Source: Halapricum desulfuricans | GTDB lineage: Archaea > Halobacteriota > Halobacteria > Halobacteriales > Haloarculaceae | NCBI RefSeq assembly: GCF_017094525.1 | Contig: NZ_CP064788.1 | Span: 975,030 to 1,039,029, forward strand | Direction: 5' to 3' | DNA length: 64,000 nucleotides | Shown here: in pieces, positions 46,690 through 56,880 of the stretch | Layout of the letters: the number at the start of each line of letters is the position of its first letter | Numbering within the stretch: position 1 is the first letter of the stretch | Notes under the pieces: generated by a model | Databases searched by the model: none | What the model was told of the DNA's origin: nothing | The model's input: only the letters and a program-made list of their open reading frames with translations | Program-made: the position numbers and the translations under genes

Positions 46690-47787
46690 ATGAGCAAGCC
46701 GAGCCCCGAGGTCTACGAGCGGGGGAAGGGAATGGACGCCCACAACCAGGTGATGCGGGAGATCCGCAGCCGCAAGGACAAAAGTTACGACCCGACCGAG
46801 CCGACCCGGGTCTGGCTCGACGAGGACAACACGCCGGACGGGATCGTCCGGAGCCTGACGATCGTGCTCAACACCGGCGGCTGTCGGTGGGCCCGCGCCG
46901 GCGGCTGTACGATGTGCGGGTACGTCGCCGAGTCGGTCGAGGGCGGTACCGTCGCCCACGAAGACCTGCTGACCCAGATCGACGCGACGCTTGAGCACGA
47001 GCGTGACAACGCCGACGAACCCGCCGAGCAGGTCAAGATCTACACCTCCGGGAGTTTCCTCGACGAACGCGAGGTCCCGGCCGAGACCCGACAGGCCATC
47101 GCGTCGGCGTTCGCCGACCGCGAGCGGATCGTCGTCGAAAGTCTGCCGGACTTCGTCGACCGCGGGAAGATCGCCGACTTCACCGACGAAGGACTGGAGA
47201 CTGACGTCGCCGTCGGCCTCGAGACCGCGACCGATCGTGTCCGCCGCGACTGCGTGAACAAGTACTTCGAGTTCGCCGACTTCGAGGAAGCCGCCGCCGA
47301 AGTCCGGGCGGCCGACGCCGCCGCCGAGGACGCAAGCGTGGGCGTGAAAGCCTATCTCCTGTTGAAGCCGCCGTTTCTCAGCGAGTCCGAGGCGATCGAG
47401 GACATGAAGCGATCGATCCGCCGCTGTGCGGGCGTCGATGGGTGTCACACCGTCTCGATGAACCCGACGAACGTCCAGAAGTACACCGAGGTCGAGCAAC
47501 TCTACTTCGAGGACGGCTACCGGCCGCCGTGGCTCTGGAGCGTCGCCGAGGTGCTCGAATCGACGGCCGACGAGGACGTCATCGTCGTCTCCGATCCGGT
47601 CGGTCACGGCTCGGATCGGGGCCCGCACAACTGCGGGGAGTGTGACGACCGCGTCCAGAAGGCGATCAAGGACTTCAACCTCCGGCAGGACCCGTCGGTC
47701 TTCGAGCAGGTCTCCTGTGAGTGCGAGCTGACCTGGGAGGCTGTCGTTGAACGCGAGACCGGGTACAACCTGCCGCTTGCACGGTGA
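46690..47787 (+). CDS. radical-SAM-like Fe-S protein of the TIGR01210 / archaeosine-synthesis (RaSEA-like) family
   Basis: Cys cluster GGCRWARAGGCTMCGY and TIM-barrel-like composition. Assigned from family memory, so tentative. Confidence 0.4.
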   Translation: MSKPSPEVYERGKGMDAHNQVMREIRSRKDKSYDPTEPTRVWLDEDNTPDGIVRSLTIVLNTGGCRWARAGGCTMCGYVAESVEGGTVAHEDLLTQIDATLEHERDNADEPAEQVKIYTSGSFLDEREVPAETRQAIASAFADRERIVVESLPDFVDRGKIADFTDEGLETDVAVGLETATDRVRRDCVNKYFEFADFEEAAAEVRAADAAAEDASVGVKAYLLLKPPFLSESEAIEDMKRSIRRCAGVDGCHTVSMNPTNVQKYTEVEQLYFEDGYRPPWLWSVAEVLESTADEDVIVVSDPVGHGSDRGPHNCGECDDRVQKAIKDFNLRQDPSVFEQVSCECELTWEAVVERETGYNLPLAR

Positions 47788-47835
47788 CGATCGCAATAGG
47801 GTCGCTTTTCCGTTCCCGTCGTCTACGGACGGCCA

Positions 47836-48843
47836 ATGAGCCAACCCTTCGAGAATCTCCCGACGACCCCGCGATCGTCGGAACTCATCGATAAGGCCTT
47901 CTCGCGGGCGGCCCGTGCCGGACGGGCCAAGGACGGCTTCGACGCCCAATCGTCGATGCTCCAGACGGCCGCGAACATCTGCTCGGACAACCTCGAGAAC
48001 GTCGTCACCGAGTGGCCCGACTTCGACGGTCTGGACCCGTTCTACCGCGACCTCGCCGACGCCGTGCTCGCCGGCGAAACCGCCATCGGCAGCGAAGATC
48101 AGCGCGGCGTCGACGCCCTGCGCCAGCACCTCTCGGAAGTCACCTGGGCCTCCCGAAAGGCCGCCGACATCCGCGGGGAGTACCACACGAAGCTCCGCAA
48201 CGCGAGCGACGTCGATCACGCGCGCAAGCTTCGCAAACAGGCCTTCGCCCGGCTGGCTGACGTCGTCGAGCAGGTCGAGGACTCGCTGCTGGCGATCGCC
48301 GCCGCTCGCGAGGCTCTGCGAGATCTGCCGGACATCCGCCCGGACGAACCGACGATCGTGGTCGCCGGCTACCCCAACGTCGGCAAGTCCTCGTTCGTCA
48401 ACAGCGTCACCCGTGCCTCCAACGAGATCAACTCCTATCCGTTCACCACCACTGAGATCCACGTCGGCCACGTCGAGGATGACCATATCCGCTATCAACT
48501 CGTCGATACGCCGGGGCTGCTCGATCGCCCGCCCCAAGAGCGCAACGAGATCGAGTCCCAGGCCGTGAGCGCGCTGGAGCATCTGGCCGACGCCGTGCTC
48601 GTGCTCGTCGACGCCAGCGGCGAGTGTGGCTACCCGATCGAGGTCCAGCTGGAGCTGCGCGACGCGCTGTGCGAGCGGTTCGCCGAGGTGCCCGTGCTGA
48701 CGGTCGCGAACAAGGCCGATCGCTCCCGGGACGTCGAAGCCGACCACTACATGAGCGTCACCGAAGACGAGAACGTCGAGACTGTTCTCGCGGCCGCGAT
48801 CGAAGCCGTCGACTACGAGCCCGAGCTGCCTTTCGAGGAGTGA
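47836..48843 (+). CDS. NOG1-family GTPase
   Basis: G1 GYPNVGKSS, G3 DTPG, G4 NKAD. N-terminal NOG1-like helical domain. Confidence 0.8.
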   Translation: MSQPFENLPTTPRSSELIDKAFSRAARAGRAKDGFDAQSSMLQTAANICSDNLENVVTEWPDFDGLDPFYRDLADAVLAGETAIGSEDQRGVDALRQHLSEVTWASRKAADIRGEYHTKLRNASDVDHARKLRKQAFARLADVVEQVEDSLLAIAAAREALRDLPDIRPDEPTIVVAGYPNVGKSSFVNSVTRASNEINSYPFTTTEIHVGHVEDDHIRYQLVDTPGLLDRPPQERNEIESQAVSALEHLADAVLVLVDASGECGYPIEVQLELRDALCERFAEVPVLTVANKADRSRDVEADHYMSVTEDENVETVLAAAIEAVDYEPELPFEE

Positions 48844-48936
48844 CGGAAGAGACACACTCATCTCGACACGTGTGACCACCAGATACTGGCCTCGACAATC
48901 GTGACTGCTTTGACCTGGGACGCCGAGAGACCCTGT

Positions 48937-50229
48937 ATGGACACAGACGTTTCCCAGTCGACGGTCGGCGGGACAGTACAGGCCCCGCCGTCGAAGAGTT
49001 ACACACACCGGGCGATTCTGGCGGCCGGCTACGCTGAGGGCGCGACGGTGCGGGATCCGCTGGTCAGTGCCGACACAAAGGCGACGATGCGCGCAGTCGA
49101 AGCCTACGGCGGCAGTGTCGAGCGACACGACGATCATCTCGAAGTTGACGGTTTCGACGGGCTTCCCGATGTCCCCGACGACGTGATCGACTGTGCCAAC
49201 AGCGGGACGACCATGCGGCTCGTGACCGCGACGGCCGCACTCGGCGACGGGCTGACGGTCCTCACCGGGGACGACTCGCTCCGATCGCGTCCGCAGGGTC
49301 CGCTACTCGACGCTATCGACCAGCTCGACGGTCGGGCGGAGAGCACCCGGGCGAACGGTCAGGCGCCGCTGGTCGTCGGCGGTCCCGTAGCGGGCGGGTA
49401 CGTCTCGATTCCGGGCGACGTTTCCTCTCAATACATCACGGCCCTGCTGATGGCCGGCGCGATCACCGACGAAGGGGTCGAGATCGGCCTCGAAACCGAA
49501 CTCAAGTCCGCGCCGTACGTCGACATCACGATCGAAGTTCTGGAGGCGTTCGGCGTCGAGACCGAATCGATCGCCGACGGGTTCACCGTCGCGGGCGGAC
49601 AATCCTACGATCCCGCCGGCGGCGAGTACACTGTCCCCGGCGATTTCTCGTCGATCTCATATTTGCTCGCGATGGGCGCGCTGGCCGCGCCGGACGGGCT
49701 GACTGTCACCGGTGCGTATCCGAGCGCGCAGGGCGATTCGGCGATCGTCGACGTGCTCCAGCGGATGGGTGCGGACCTCACCTGGGACCGCGAAGCGGGC
49801 GAAATTCACGTCAGCAAGTCCGATCTCACGGGCGTCGAAGTCAGCGTCGCGGACACGCCTGACCTCCTGCCGACGATCGCCGTCATCGGGGCTGTCGCCG
49901 ACGGGACGACGACGATCGTCGACTGTGAGCACGTTCGATACAAGGAGACTGACCGCGTCGCCGCGATGGCCGAGGCGCTCTCCGCGATGGGCGCGTCGAT
50001 CGAAGAGGAACACGACACGCTGACGATCCACGGCGGTGACAGCGATCTCGACGGGACGACCGTCGACGGCCGAGCCGATCACCGGATCATCATGTCGCTG
50101 TCGGTCGCGGGGCTCGTCGCTGACGGGACGACGACTGTCGAGGGAATCGAACACGTCGACGTGTCGTTCCCCCACTTTTTCGATGAACTCGACGCACTCG
50201 GCGGCGATGTGACAACCTCACGCGCCTGA
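48937..50229 (+). CDS. aroA: 3-phosphoshikimate 1-carboxyvinyltransferase (EPSP synthase)
   Basis: [20 protein letters not shown] and DHRIIMSL are conserved EPSPS motifs. Confidence 0.9.
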   Translation: MDTDVSQSTVGGTVQAPPSKSYTHRAILAAGYAEGATVRDPLVSADTKATMRAVEAYGGSVERHDDHLEVDGFDGLPDVPDDVIDCANSGTTMRLVTATAALGDGLTVLTGDDSLRSRPQGPLLDAIDQLDGRAESTRANGQAPLVVGGPVAGGYVSIPGDVSSQYITALLMAGAITDEGVEIGLETELKSAPYVDITIEVLEAFGVETESIADGFTVAGGQSYDPAGGEYTVPGDFSSISYLLAMGALAAPDGLTVTGAYPSAQGDSAIVDVLQRMGADLTWDREAGEIHVSKSDLTGVEVSVADTPDLLPTIAVIGAVADGTTTIVDCEHVRYKETDRVAAMAEALSAMGASIEEEHDTLTIHGGDSDLDGTTVDGRADHRIIMSLSVAGLVADGTTTVEGIEHVDVSFPHFFDELDALGGDVTTSRA

Positions 50230-50322
50230 CGCGATTCGAGACACACGCCCGTCGCTCCGAAAATCCTGTCGAACGAATTGAGTTGGGAATACGCGAAACG
50301 CAGCTGCTCAGTATCTCTAGCC

Positions 50323-50337
50323 AAACATCTGGCGCAT
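50323..50337. repeat. left direct repeat (attL-like) of the integrated element: aaacatctggcgcat, matching the secY 3' end at 57530-57544
   Basis: 14-17 nt identity with the last codons of secY (MMRQMFG). Confidence 0.65.
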
Positions 50338-50441
50338 AATCCATGTTTTGGGGACACACAGGGAACCCAACAGCGGTGAATATCGACATCCGACTCAGTA
50401 ACAGCGGCTTCTGAAAATCCTTACTTCGCGGGCCGTCGTAA

Positions 50442-51533
50442 ATGCCGATAATGAGTCACGAGTGCGACGATTGCGGACAAGAGTTTGACACACTCTCACG
50501 GCTCCGCCTGCACGATTGTCCCGGCAACCAGCCTGCCGAAGCGACAGAGAACTCCACGACTGAGACGACAGACGCATCTACTGGAACCTCGCTTGATGAT
50601 TCCGGCCTTGACCGAGAGAAACTCGAACGCGAGTACCCCGACGTAGTTGGAGACCTGCCCGAACTCTTTGACGACGCGCGCGAGGGGGATCTATCAGCTC
50701 TGTTTCGTGCAATTGCCGAATACGAACGAGTGCTGGCGAAAGTCTTCCGCGGCGACGCACCGGGCGGCGACGAGCTCCACCGTGACCTCTTGTTCGCCTA
50801 CTACGAACCGCTCGCCGATGGACTTGCTGCCGCAGCGGAGACGAACGGATGGGACGCACTCATTGAATTTGCTGACGCCTATGATCCGCGCGAACAGGAC
50901 GCGCTCCCTGAAGTCGGGCACGTCATCGCCAATGCACTCGGCCGCTCGGTGATTCGGACCCGCCAGGACGACGGCGTCGATGCTATCCCGGCTGCCGCGC
51001 TGGCGTTTCTCGGTGCGATCCCTGAGTATGTTGACGAGCACCACGTCGCGTACGAGGAGTCGTACACCTACGGCTGGGGGATCGGCCATCCCGAGTATTC
51101 CGTCGCTGACCAGCTCCTCGCGCTCGCTGAAGACGAACCAAAGTTCGTGAAAATCACGCTGAACACGGCGTTCTACGTAGATCAGCACGCCGCCATCGAC
51201 GTGTTAGAGACGCTCGTCACCGACGATGAAATCTCCGGCACACGCAGTACCCTTGGGTTGGAAACCGACCTCACGGAGTTCTACTTCCAAGCCGTCGCCG
51301 ACCTCGAAACAGAGGCACTGCTCGGGCCCCACGCCCCGCCGTACTGGGACGAGGACGACGACCTCCCTCGCGTCGTTGATGTCGATCCCGACGTGAAACA
51401 GCGGATTCGAGCCCTTGCCCACGAGACCGGTGTTGCTGACGGGCTTCCCGCCGAGTGGGCACTTCGAGACCTTGAGCCAGGGCCGATGTCGGAGATGCTG
51501 GACATGATGAGCGCGAGGGACGATACTCCCTGA
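50442..51533 (+). CDS. hypothetical protein with an N-terminal C2H2-type zinc finger
   Basis: HECDDCGQEFDTLSRLRLHDCPG. Confidence 0.5.
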   Translation: MPIMSHECDDCGQEFDTLSRLRLHDCPGNQPAEATENSTTETTDASTGTSLDDSGLDREKLEREYPDVVGDLPELFDDAREGDLSALFRAIAEYERVLAKVFRGDAPGGDELHRDLLFAYYEPLADGLAAAAETNGWDALIEFADAYDPREQDALPEVGHVIANALGRSVIRTRQDDGVDAIPAAALAFLGAIPEYVDEHHVAYEESYTYGWGIGHPEYSVADQLLALAEDEPKFVKITLNTAFYVDQHAAIDVLETLVTDDEISGTRSTLGLETDLTEFYFQAVADLETEALLGPHAPPYWDEDDDLPRVVDVDPDVKQRIRALAHETGVADGLPAEWALRDLEPGPMSEMLDMMSARDDTP

Positions 51534-51584
51534 TCAGTCCAACGGCCCCACACGATTTTATTCGTTGCTCGCCTCACTCGACCT

Positions 51585-52580
51585 ATGTCGTTCAGTGTCT
51601 CGTGGCACACGCTTCTTGACGAACTCGATGATCTCCCGGAGGATGCTACACTGCTCACGCCGCTGTCACACGACCGCTTTCGCGTGACCGACGTACAAGA
51701 GCAACGAGTGGTCATCGAGTTTCTCGACCGCGACATTGACGAGTCGCGGCCGCTCCAACGGGACCAGTTCGAGACGCTGTACCGCCGACTCACTGACGAG
51801 TATGATGGCTTTGACCTCGACAGGCTCCCGCCTGACGCCGACCCGTACCCTGCGGTGCTGTCTGTGCATCCACGGTTCGAAATCGACGAAGACCAGGGTG
51901 TGCTCGTCGAGAAAGAAGGCCCGACGGCCAGCCAACTCCTTGACGCCGAAGACGAATCCACGACTGTGGAGGACCGAACTGAGCCAGAGCTGGACGTGTA
52001 TGCTGATGCGCTGTTACTCGTGGATGCCCTCGAACGTCACGAAGTCGAGGTCCTCGAGGACATGGAGACGGACGCGCTGGTCAACCTCTATACGCTGCTC
52101 TCGGACGTGCAACGCAACGCGAACGACCTCCGGCAGGACGTGGCCGACGTGCTGTTGAACCGCCTCCACCACGACCGGCCGGTGAGCGGGCCGTTCGGTT
52201 CCGTCCAGCGAACCACGCGGCGCAACCGCTCACTCAAAGACGACGACGAGGTGCTAGAAACCCTCGAAGCGGCTGGCATCGACCGCGAGCGCGTTTTGGG
52301 CGTGGATCGTGACAAGGTAGACGACGCCTTGGACGTCACCGAACTGTCGGAGAGCGACGTGTACGAGATCGAGCAGTCCGAGTACGTCCGCAAAGCCGAG
52401 GTAGACGAGGAACGCAAGGAAACCCGGCTTCAGGGACTCAAAGATCAACTTGCTGCCGCTGAGGGTGACGAGGCCGAGGAACTCCGCGAGGAGATCGAAG
52501 ACCTCGAAGATCGCATCGAGGAGTTGACCGAGTTCAAATCGGGTGCATCGTTTCACACCCGCGCCGGGGGTGAGCCATGA
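51585..52580 (+). CDS. hypothetical acidic protein
   Basis: 331 aa with a C-terminal coiled-coil. Confidence 0.45.
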   Translation: MSFSVSWHTLLDELDDLPEDATLLTPLSHDRFRVTDVQEQRVVIEFLDRDIDESRPLQRDQFETLYRRLTDEYDGFDLDRLPPDADPYPAVLSVHPRFEIDEDQGVLVEKEGPTASQLLDAEDESTTVEDRTEPELDVYADALLLVDALERHEVEVLEDMETDALVNLYTLLSDVQRNANDLRQDVADVLLNRLHHDRPVSGPFGSVQRTTRRNRSLKDDDEVLETLEAAGIDRERVLGVDRDKVDDALDVTELSESDVYEIEQSEYVRKAEVDEERKETRLQGLKDQLAAAEGDEAEELREEIEDLEDRIEELTEFKSGASFHTRAGGEP

Positions 52581-52927
52581 CCGAGCGCGACGAGGAACGA
52601 GAAGAGCGCATCAAGATGGAGATTATCGTGGACGCTTATACTCAGGACGAACAGGCGATGGGTTGGCATATCTATCTGGAGGAGATGATGGACTTCCCCT
52701 TTGAGGTGCGCTGTATCGACGAGCAGGAGGTCTCACCGCTGGAGGAAGGGGAGACAGTTCGTGTGATCGGTAAGCCATCATCGGAGCCGTCGCTCCGCCA
52801 GCAGTTCGTCACCATCGAGTGGAACGACCGCGAGTTCGGTGTCCCACTGAGCCAACTGGAACCTGTCGAAGCCAGCGCTGACACTGAGCAAGCTGTCGCC
52901 GACTGGCACTACTGGCTCGAACGATAG
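52577..52927 (+). CDS. hypothetical acidic protein
   Basis: 116 aa, translationally coupled (ATGA overlap). Confidence 0.4.
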   Translation: MTERDEEREERIKMEIIVDAYTQDEQAMGWHIYLEEMMDFPFEVRCIDEQEVSPLEEGETVRVIGKPSSEPSLRQQFVTIEWNDREFGVPLSQLEPVEASADTEQAVADWHYWLER

Positions 52928-53104
52928 CCTCACCAGTGTGTTGGGTTGCGAATTCTCTGCTGAGCGTTCACGGTTTCAGCCAGTTTCGACGGTCTACCCT
53001 TCGATTCTCACCTTGACCGACCCACCGAACCCTATCAGAAACCAGGACTACCAGCGATCAGCTGGGAAATCAACTGGAAACCAGCTGCGCTGCCTACTGA
53101 TGGC

Positions 53105-53175
53105 TGTGACGTATTCCGGTTAGATATATAAATATTTGAGTTTGCCGGAATTCCGGTTAAGTATATAAGATAGCG
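53105..53175. promoter_or_regulatory. AT-rich putative operator/promoter with two direct repeats ATTCCGGTTA(GA/AG)TATATAA and a CCGGAATTCCGG palindrome, upstream of the AbiEi-like gene
   Basis: Sequence tgacgtattccggttagatatataaatatttgagtttgccggaattccggttaagtatataag. Confidence 0.45.
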
Positions 53176-53191
53176 CGATAACCTAGACATC

Positions 53192-53803
53192 ATGCTGCTG
53201 GAGCCCCCAGACAGGGATCGCGGATTCAAGAAAGAACGCATCCATCGCGTCCTGCTCAACCATCCAGACGGCGAGCTTAGCCGCTACGAAATCACACAAC
53301 AAGCCAACGCCTCAACCTCATGGGCTTACGACTACCTCGACCAACTCGAGAACGACGCCCTCGTCGAAGACACGGTCGTTCTGGACCCGCGAACGCTGTA
53401 CGACCGTTGGCGCGAGACTCGGATCCAACCCAACACAATCCAGGTTTCCCTCCAACAGCCCCTCGATCGCATCCAAAGCACCGGACTGGACTATGCGCTC
53501 ACAACCGACGAGGCCGAACAGATCCATCAAGGATTCCTGTTCCCCTCGACAACCGCCGTCTACGTCCATGAAGCCGACATCGAGGAGTGGCTTGAGATGA
53601 TCGAACAGTCGGGGCTAATTGGCGGCGGGAACACGGAACTTCGCGCCACCGACGAACACGTCTTCTACAACGCCCAGACCGTCGAAGAGATGACGACAGT
53701 CTCCATCCCACAGCTGATCGTTGACTTGCTTGACTCGGACGGTCCCGCCGTTGAAGCGGCCAATCGCCTCATGTCCCGCCACCACGGGTTAAACGATGAG
53801 TAG
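53192..53803 (+). CDS. AbiEi-like antitoxin / transcriptional regulator (N-terminal winged HTH)
   Basis: 203 aa, wHTH-like N-terminus; overlaps the downstream nucleotidyltransferase gene by 8 nt. Confidence 0.45.
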
Positions 53804-54623
53804 GGCCGACCGCAGCCAATACACAGACGCGGTGACGCAGTATTCGGAACGCGAACTGCAAGACATCCTGACGGTCGCGGAGCCACCTGTGTGTCTCCTC
53901 GGTGGCTGGGCCGTCCACATCCATGTGACCGACGCGTTCCAAACCCAGCAAGGCCGTCGCTACATTGGCTCCCGGGATATTGACATCGGTGTCCACATTG
54001 ACCCTGAGTGGACATCTGAAGAGCTGTCAGAGACGCCGGTCGCCCTGACGCTCACCCGTATCGAGGATGACCTTGAGTATAACCGCGGGCGCTTCGGTTT
54101 CTACCAACAGTTTCACCGCGAGACGGGTGATCGACTCACTGATGCGGACGCCAGTGAACTGCCACCTCACGAACTGTTCCGTGTAGACATCGATGTCATT
54201 CCTGACACGACGGCGTTGGACGCGTTCGAAGACCGGTTTGGGTTTCGGCCGCCTGCCGAGCCGCTGCTCAAACCGGTGTTCCAGCACGGAGTCGGTGACC
54301 CGCTCTCCGACTACGTGGACTGGGACGTTCCGGACGGGGTTGGGATTGCCCCGCCAGCGGCATTAGCGGCGATGAAAGTTCGGGCGTTCCCGGATCGAGA
54401 CAAGAGCCACAAGCGCCTGAAAGACCTGGCAGATCTTCACGCGTTGCTGTGGTACGTTACCGACTACGAGGAAATTACGGCAGCAACCCGGGAGAGGATT
54501 ACGGCGGATGACATCGCGGGGTTTGAGCAGGCACTCACAGACGGAGAGTACGACCAGGCAGCATCATTACTCCAAGTAGACTCCACGACCGTTCGACAGT
54601 CAATTGAACGATTTTTGCAGTGA
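53796..54623 (+). CDS. AbiEii/AbiGii-like nucleotidyltransferase toxin family protein
   Basis: NTase fold motif [11 protein letters not shown]...[13 protein letters not shown] (GG...S.D.D). Size about 275 aa. Confidence 0.5.
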
Positions 54624-54705
54624 ATCGTGATGCGTCCTCCATCTTGACAGGGCGTTTGGAGGAGTCGGCCCAGACGTGAAGTGATCGGCGGAGCCACTGC
54701 TCACT

Positions 54706-54864
54706 ATGGCGCGACGCTCCGAAACCTGTCCCAACTGTGGCCACAGCTTCAGCTACAACGAAGCGACCGGGACCGGCCCATCAGAATTCATGAACGAAGG
54801 CCAGTGTCCCAACTGTCGGTACTTCCCAACCGGCGTAATCAGCGGAATTGAATCGCCGAGTTAA
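54706..54864 (+). CDS. small zinc-ribbon protein (52 aa)
   Basis: MARRSETCPNCGHSF...GQCPNCRY gives two CPNC pairs. Below the ORF-track cutoff; I translated it by hand. Confidence 0.4.
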   Translation: MARRSETCPNCGHSFSYNEATGTGPSEFMNEGQCPNCRYFPTGVISGIESPS

Positions 54865-54890
54865 CAACGAGAAAGTGTCTGGATCTGGAT

Positions 54891-56063
54891 GTGTTCAAGA
54901 TCCCCGATCCAGACGGTTACCTTTCGGCATCGGACGTGAAAGACGTAGCGGAAGAAGTCATTACTCCACTCCCGTTGCCGGGTGTCGAGGGGAGCCCCCT
55001 CGACCCCGGCGACATCTGGCTCGTCGTCATCTTGGCTTGCGTCAACCAGACCTCGATTTGGGAAACCTGCAACGACACCAACGGAACGCCGTGTGACGAC
55101 ACTGTCTTCACATGGCTCCATACGCTCGACCGAGCGTGGCTCGAGTTCGTCGCTAACCGTCTGCTCGGACGCCTCGCCATGACGATTCTCGACCCTGACC
55201 GGTCGAGAATCGTCTCCATCGACTTCATCGATAACCCCTATCATGGCGAGCACTACGCCGACGACGGCGAACTCTGCTCGATGGCTCCCAAGGACGGGAC
55301 AACTACCTGCCACCGCTATTGCACGGCCTACGTCGTCTCCAACGAGAAGCCGGTGACGCTGGCGATGACGTATGTCCGCAGTGACGAAGATGAGGCTGAC
55401 GCGGTCGAGCGCGTGCTCGCCCGCGTCGAGAACTACCCCTTCGAGATCGACCTGCTGCTTGCCGACAGCGGCTTCTACAACGAGCGCGTCATCCGCCGTG
55501 CTCGCGATATCGCCGCAACGGTCGTCCACGTTCCGAAGAAGGGCGAGCGCATGAAAGACAAACTCGACGTCCACAAGTCGTACATGACGACCTATCGCAT
55601 GTACAAAGACAGCGAGCGGGAACTGCGCTTCCCGCTCGCGGTCGCTGTCTCCTACCAGAACGGTGATCGTGGCAAGCACGGTGAGGTTGTCCGTGGCTAC
55701 GTCGCGTGCGGCGTTACTGATCGCTCGGCCAAGCAAATCGAACGCCTCTACAGGAAACGCTCTGGCATTGAAACAACCTACCGCTTACTCCGGCAAGCAC
55801 GCGGGATCACGACGACGCGTGATCCTGTCGTGCGGTTTGCCATCATGTTGGTCGCAGCATTGCTGGAGAACCTGTGGCTCGTGCTCAGGTGGGCGGTCGT
55901 CGCCCGCCCGCGCCGGGGCGGGCGCGACCTGCCCGAGGAGTTCACATTCAAGACGTTCCGTGACTGGATTCGGCACGAGCTGGAAGAAGAGTTACGACGC
56001 CGGTGGAAAGTCAAAGCGAACGGGGTTGGTGTGCGGGCGTCACAGGCAACGGCCGCGGGCTGA
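54891..56063 (+). CDS. DDE transposase of a haloarchaeal ISH-type element (IS4/ISH3-like)
   Basis: 390 aa. A DDE region (...LLLADSGFYNE..., ...RSGIETTYR...) typical of haloarchaeal IS4-superfamily transposases. Confidence 0.65.
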   Translation: MFKIPDPDGYLSASDVKDVAEEVITPLPLPGVEGSPLDPGDIWLVVILACVNQTSIWETCNDTNGTPCDDTVFTWLHTLDRAWLEFVANRLLGRLAMTILDPDRSRIVSIDFIDNPYHGEHYADDGELCSMAPKDGTTTCHRYCTAYVVSNEKPVTLAMTYVRSDEDEADAVERVLARVENYPFEIDLLLADSGFYNERVIRRARDIAATVVHVPKKGERMKDKLDVHKSYMTTYRMYKDSERELRFPLAVAVSYQNGDRGKHGEVVRGYVACGVTDRSAKQIERLYRKRSGIETTYRLLRQARGITTTRDPVVRFAIMLVAALLENLWLVLRWAVVARPRRGGRDLPEEFTFKTFRDWIRHELEEELRRRWKVKANGVGVRASQATAAG

Positions 56064-56141
56064 CCGGGGTCAGCCCACGGCCTGTTCACTGGGCGGTGAG
56101 CGACAGCTGTCGGCAGACACCGGCGAGATTTGGTTGCTATC

Positions 56142-56166
56142 GTCTGTTCGGAGCGGTGAATCGGAA
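56142..56166. repeat. short copy (e) of the hairpin repeat family; flanks only: GTCTGTTCGGAGCGGTGAATCGGAATC
   Basis: Contains both conserved flank motifs, joined without the central hairpin. Confidence 0.4.
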
Positions 56167-56211
56167 TCATCTCGATCTACACCGCGGGAGCAGCCGAAAC
56201 TGATAGTCAAA

Positions 56212-56880
56212 TCATACAGAAAGTGACTTTTTCGGGCCGTTCAGACAGGCCCCTCTCGACTCATTTGGGAAGTAACGGGTATACCAGTTCAGCCGCACCG
56301 CAATTTCATTCCTGAGCCGTGTCTGCTTCCTCTTTCCCGGCACGTTGTCAAACAGTTGCTCGACAGCCTGCGGCTTCAGTGCGAGGACCGCATCACCGTC
56401 CCGTGTCCCGTCTAAATCTAGCCCAGCCGTAGTGTGTTGTCGTTTGTACTCTGAGGTCGATGCGTGCACGTCGAAATCATCCTTCAGATTGATATCACTC
56501 TTGTCACGACAGGGGTGCCCGTGCTCGAGCTCCAACCGGTCGTGCATCTGATCGTTCTCGACAACCGAATAAAATGACTGGACTGACCGATAGTAACTGT
56601 CGATCGTCGTATCCGACTGATCCGTGATCGATTGGATATACCCTATGACATCCTCAGTCACTGCCGCAAGCGGATCAATACCCCGCTGCTCGCAATAAGC
56701 CAACCAGTACCTGACTTCCCTCCCGCGAGTGTCCGACGTCGATCCTTTGGTGCCCTGCTTCTGCGACTTGAGACTGTCTAGGTATAGGCCCAGAAGTTCC
56801 TCATTCTCGGGAGAAATCTGATTTTCGTCGGGCGTTGCAAACTGCCCTTTGTCGTTTCGCTTCGTCATAGAGTCATCCAA
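56212..56880 (-). pseudogene. tyrosine recombinase/integrase; N-terminal core-binding domain intact, catalytic domain missing (interrupted at the IS junction)
   Basis: SAM-like CB domain (LAYCEQRGIDPLAAVTEDVIGYI...YYRSVQSFYSVV), then the reading frame ends about 10 aa into the expected catalytic domain. No R..HxxR..Y region is found beyond the IS. Confidence 0.55.

Noticed and set aside
46585-49137. 850-aa minus-strand ORF
   Set aside because: Antisense across three plus-strand genes with strong homology signals (RaSEA-like, NOG1 GTPase, aroA). Low-complexity Arg/Gly/Val-rich translation.
54850-56215. Terminal inverted repeats of the ISH element
   Set aside because: The candidate ends share only a direct AAAGTG..T motif, not an inverted repeat, so the IS boundaries remain undefined. 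The transposase call rests on protein features alone.
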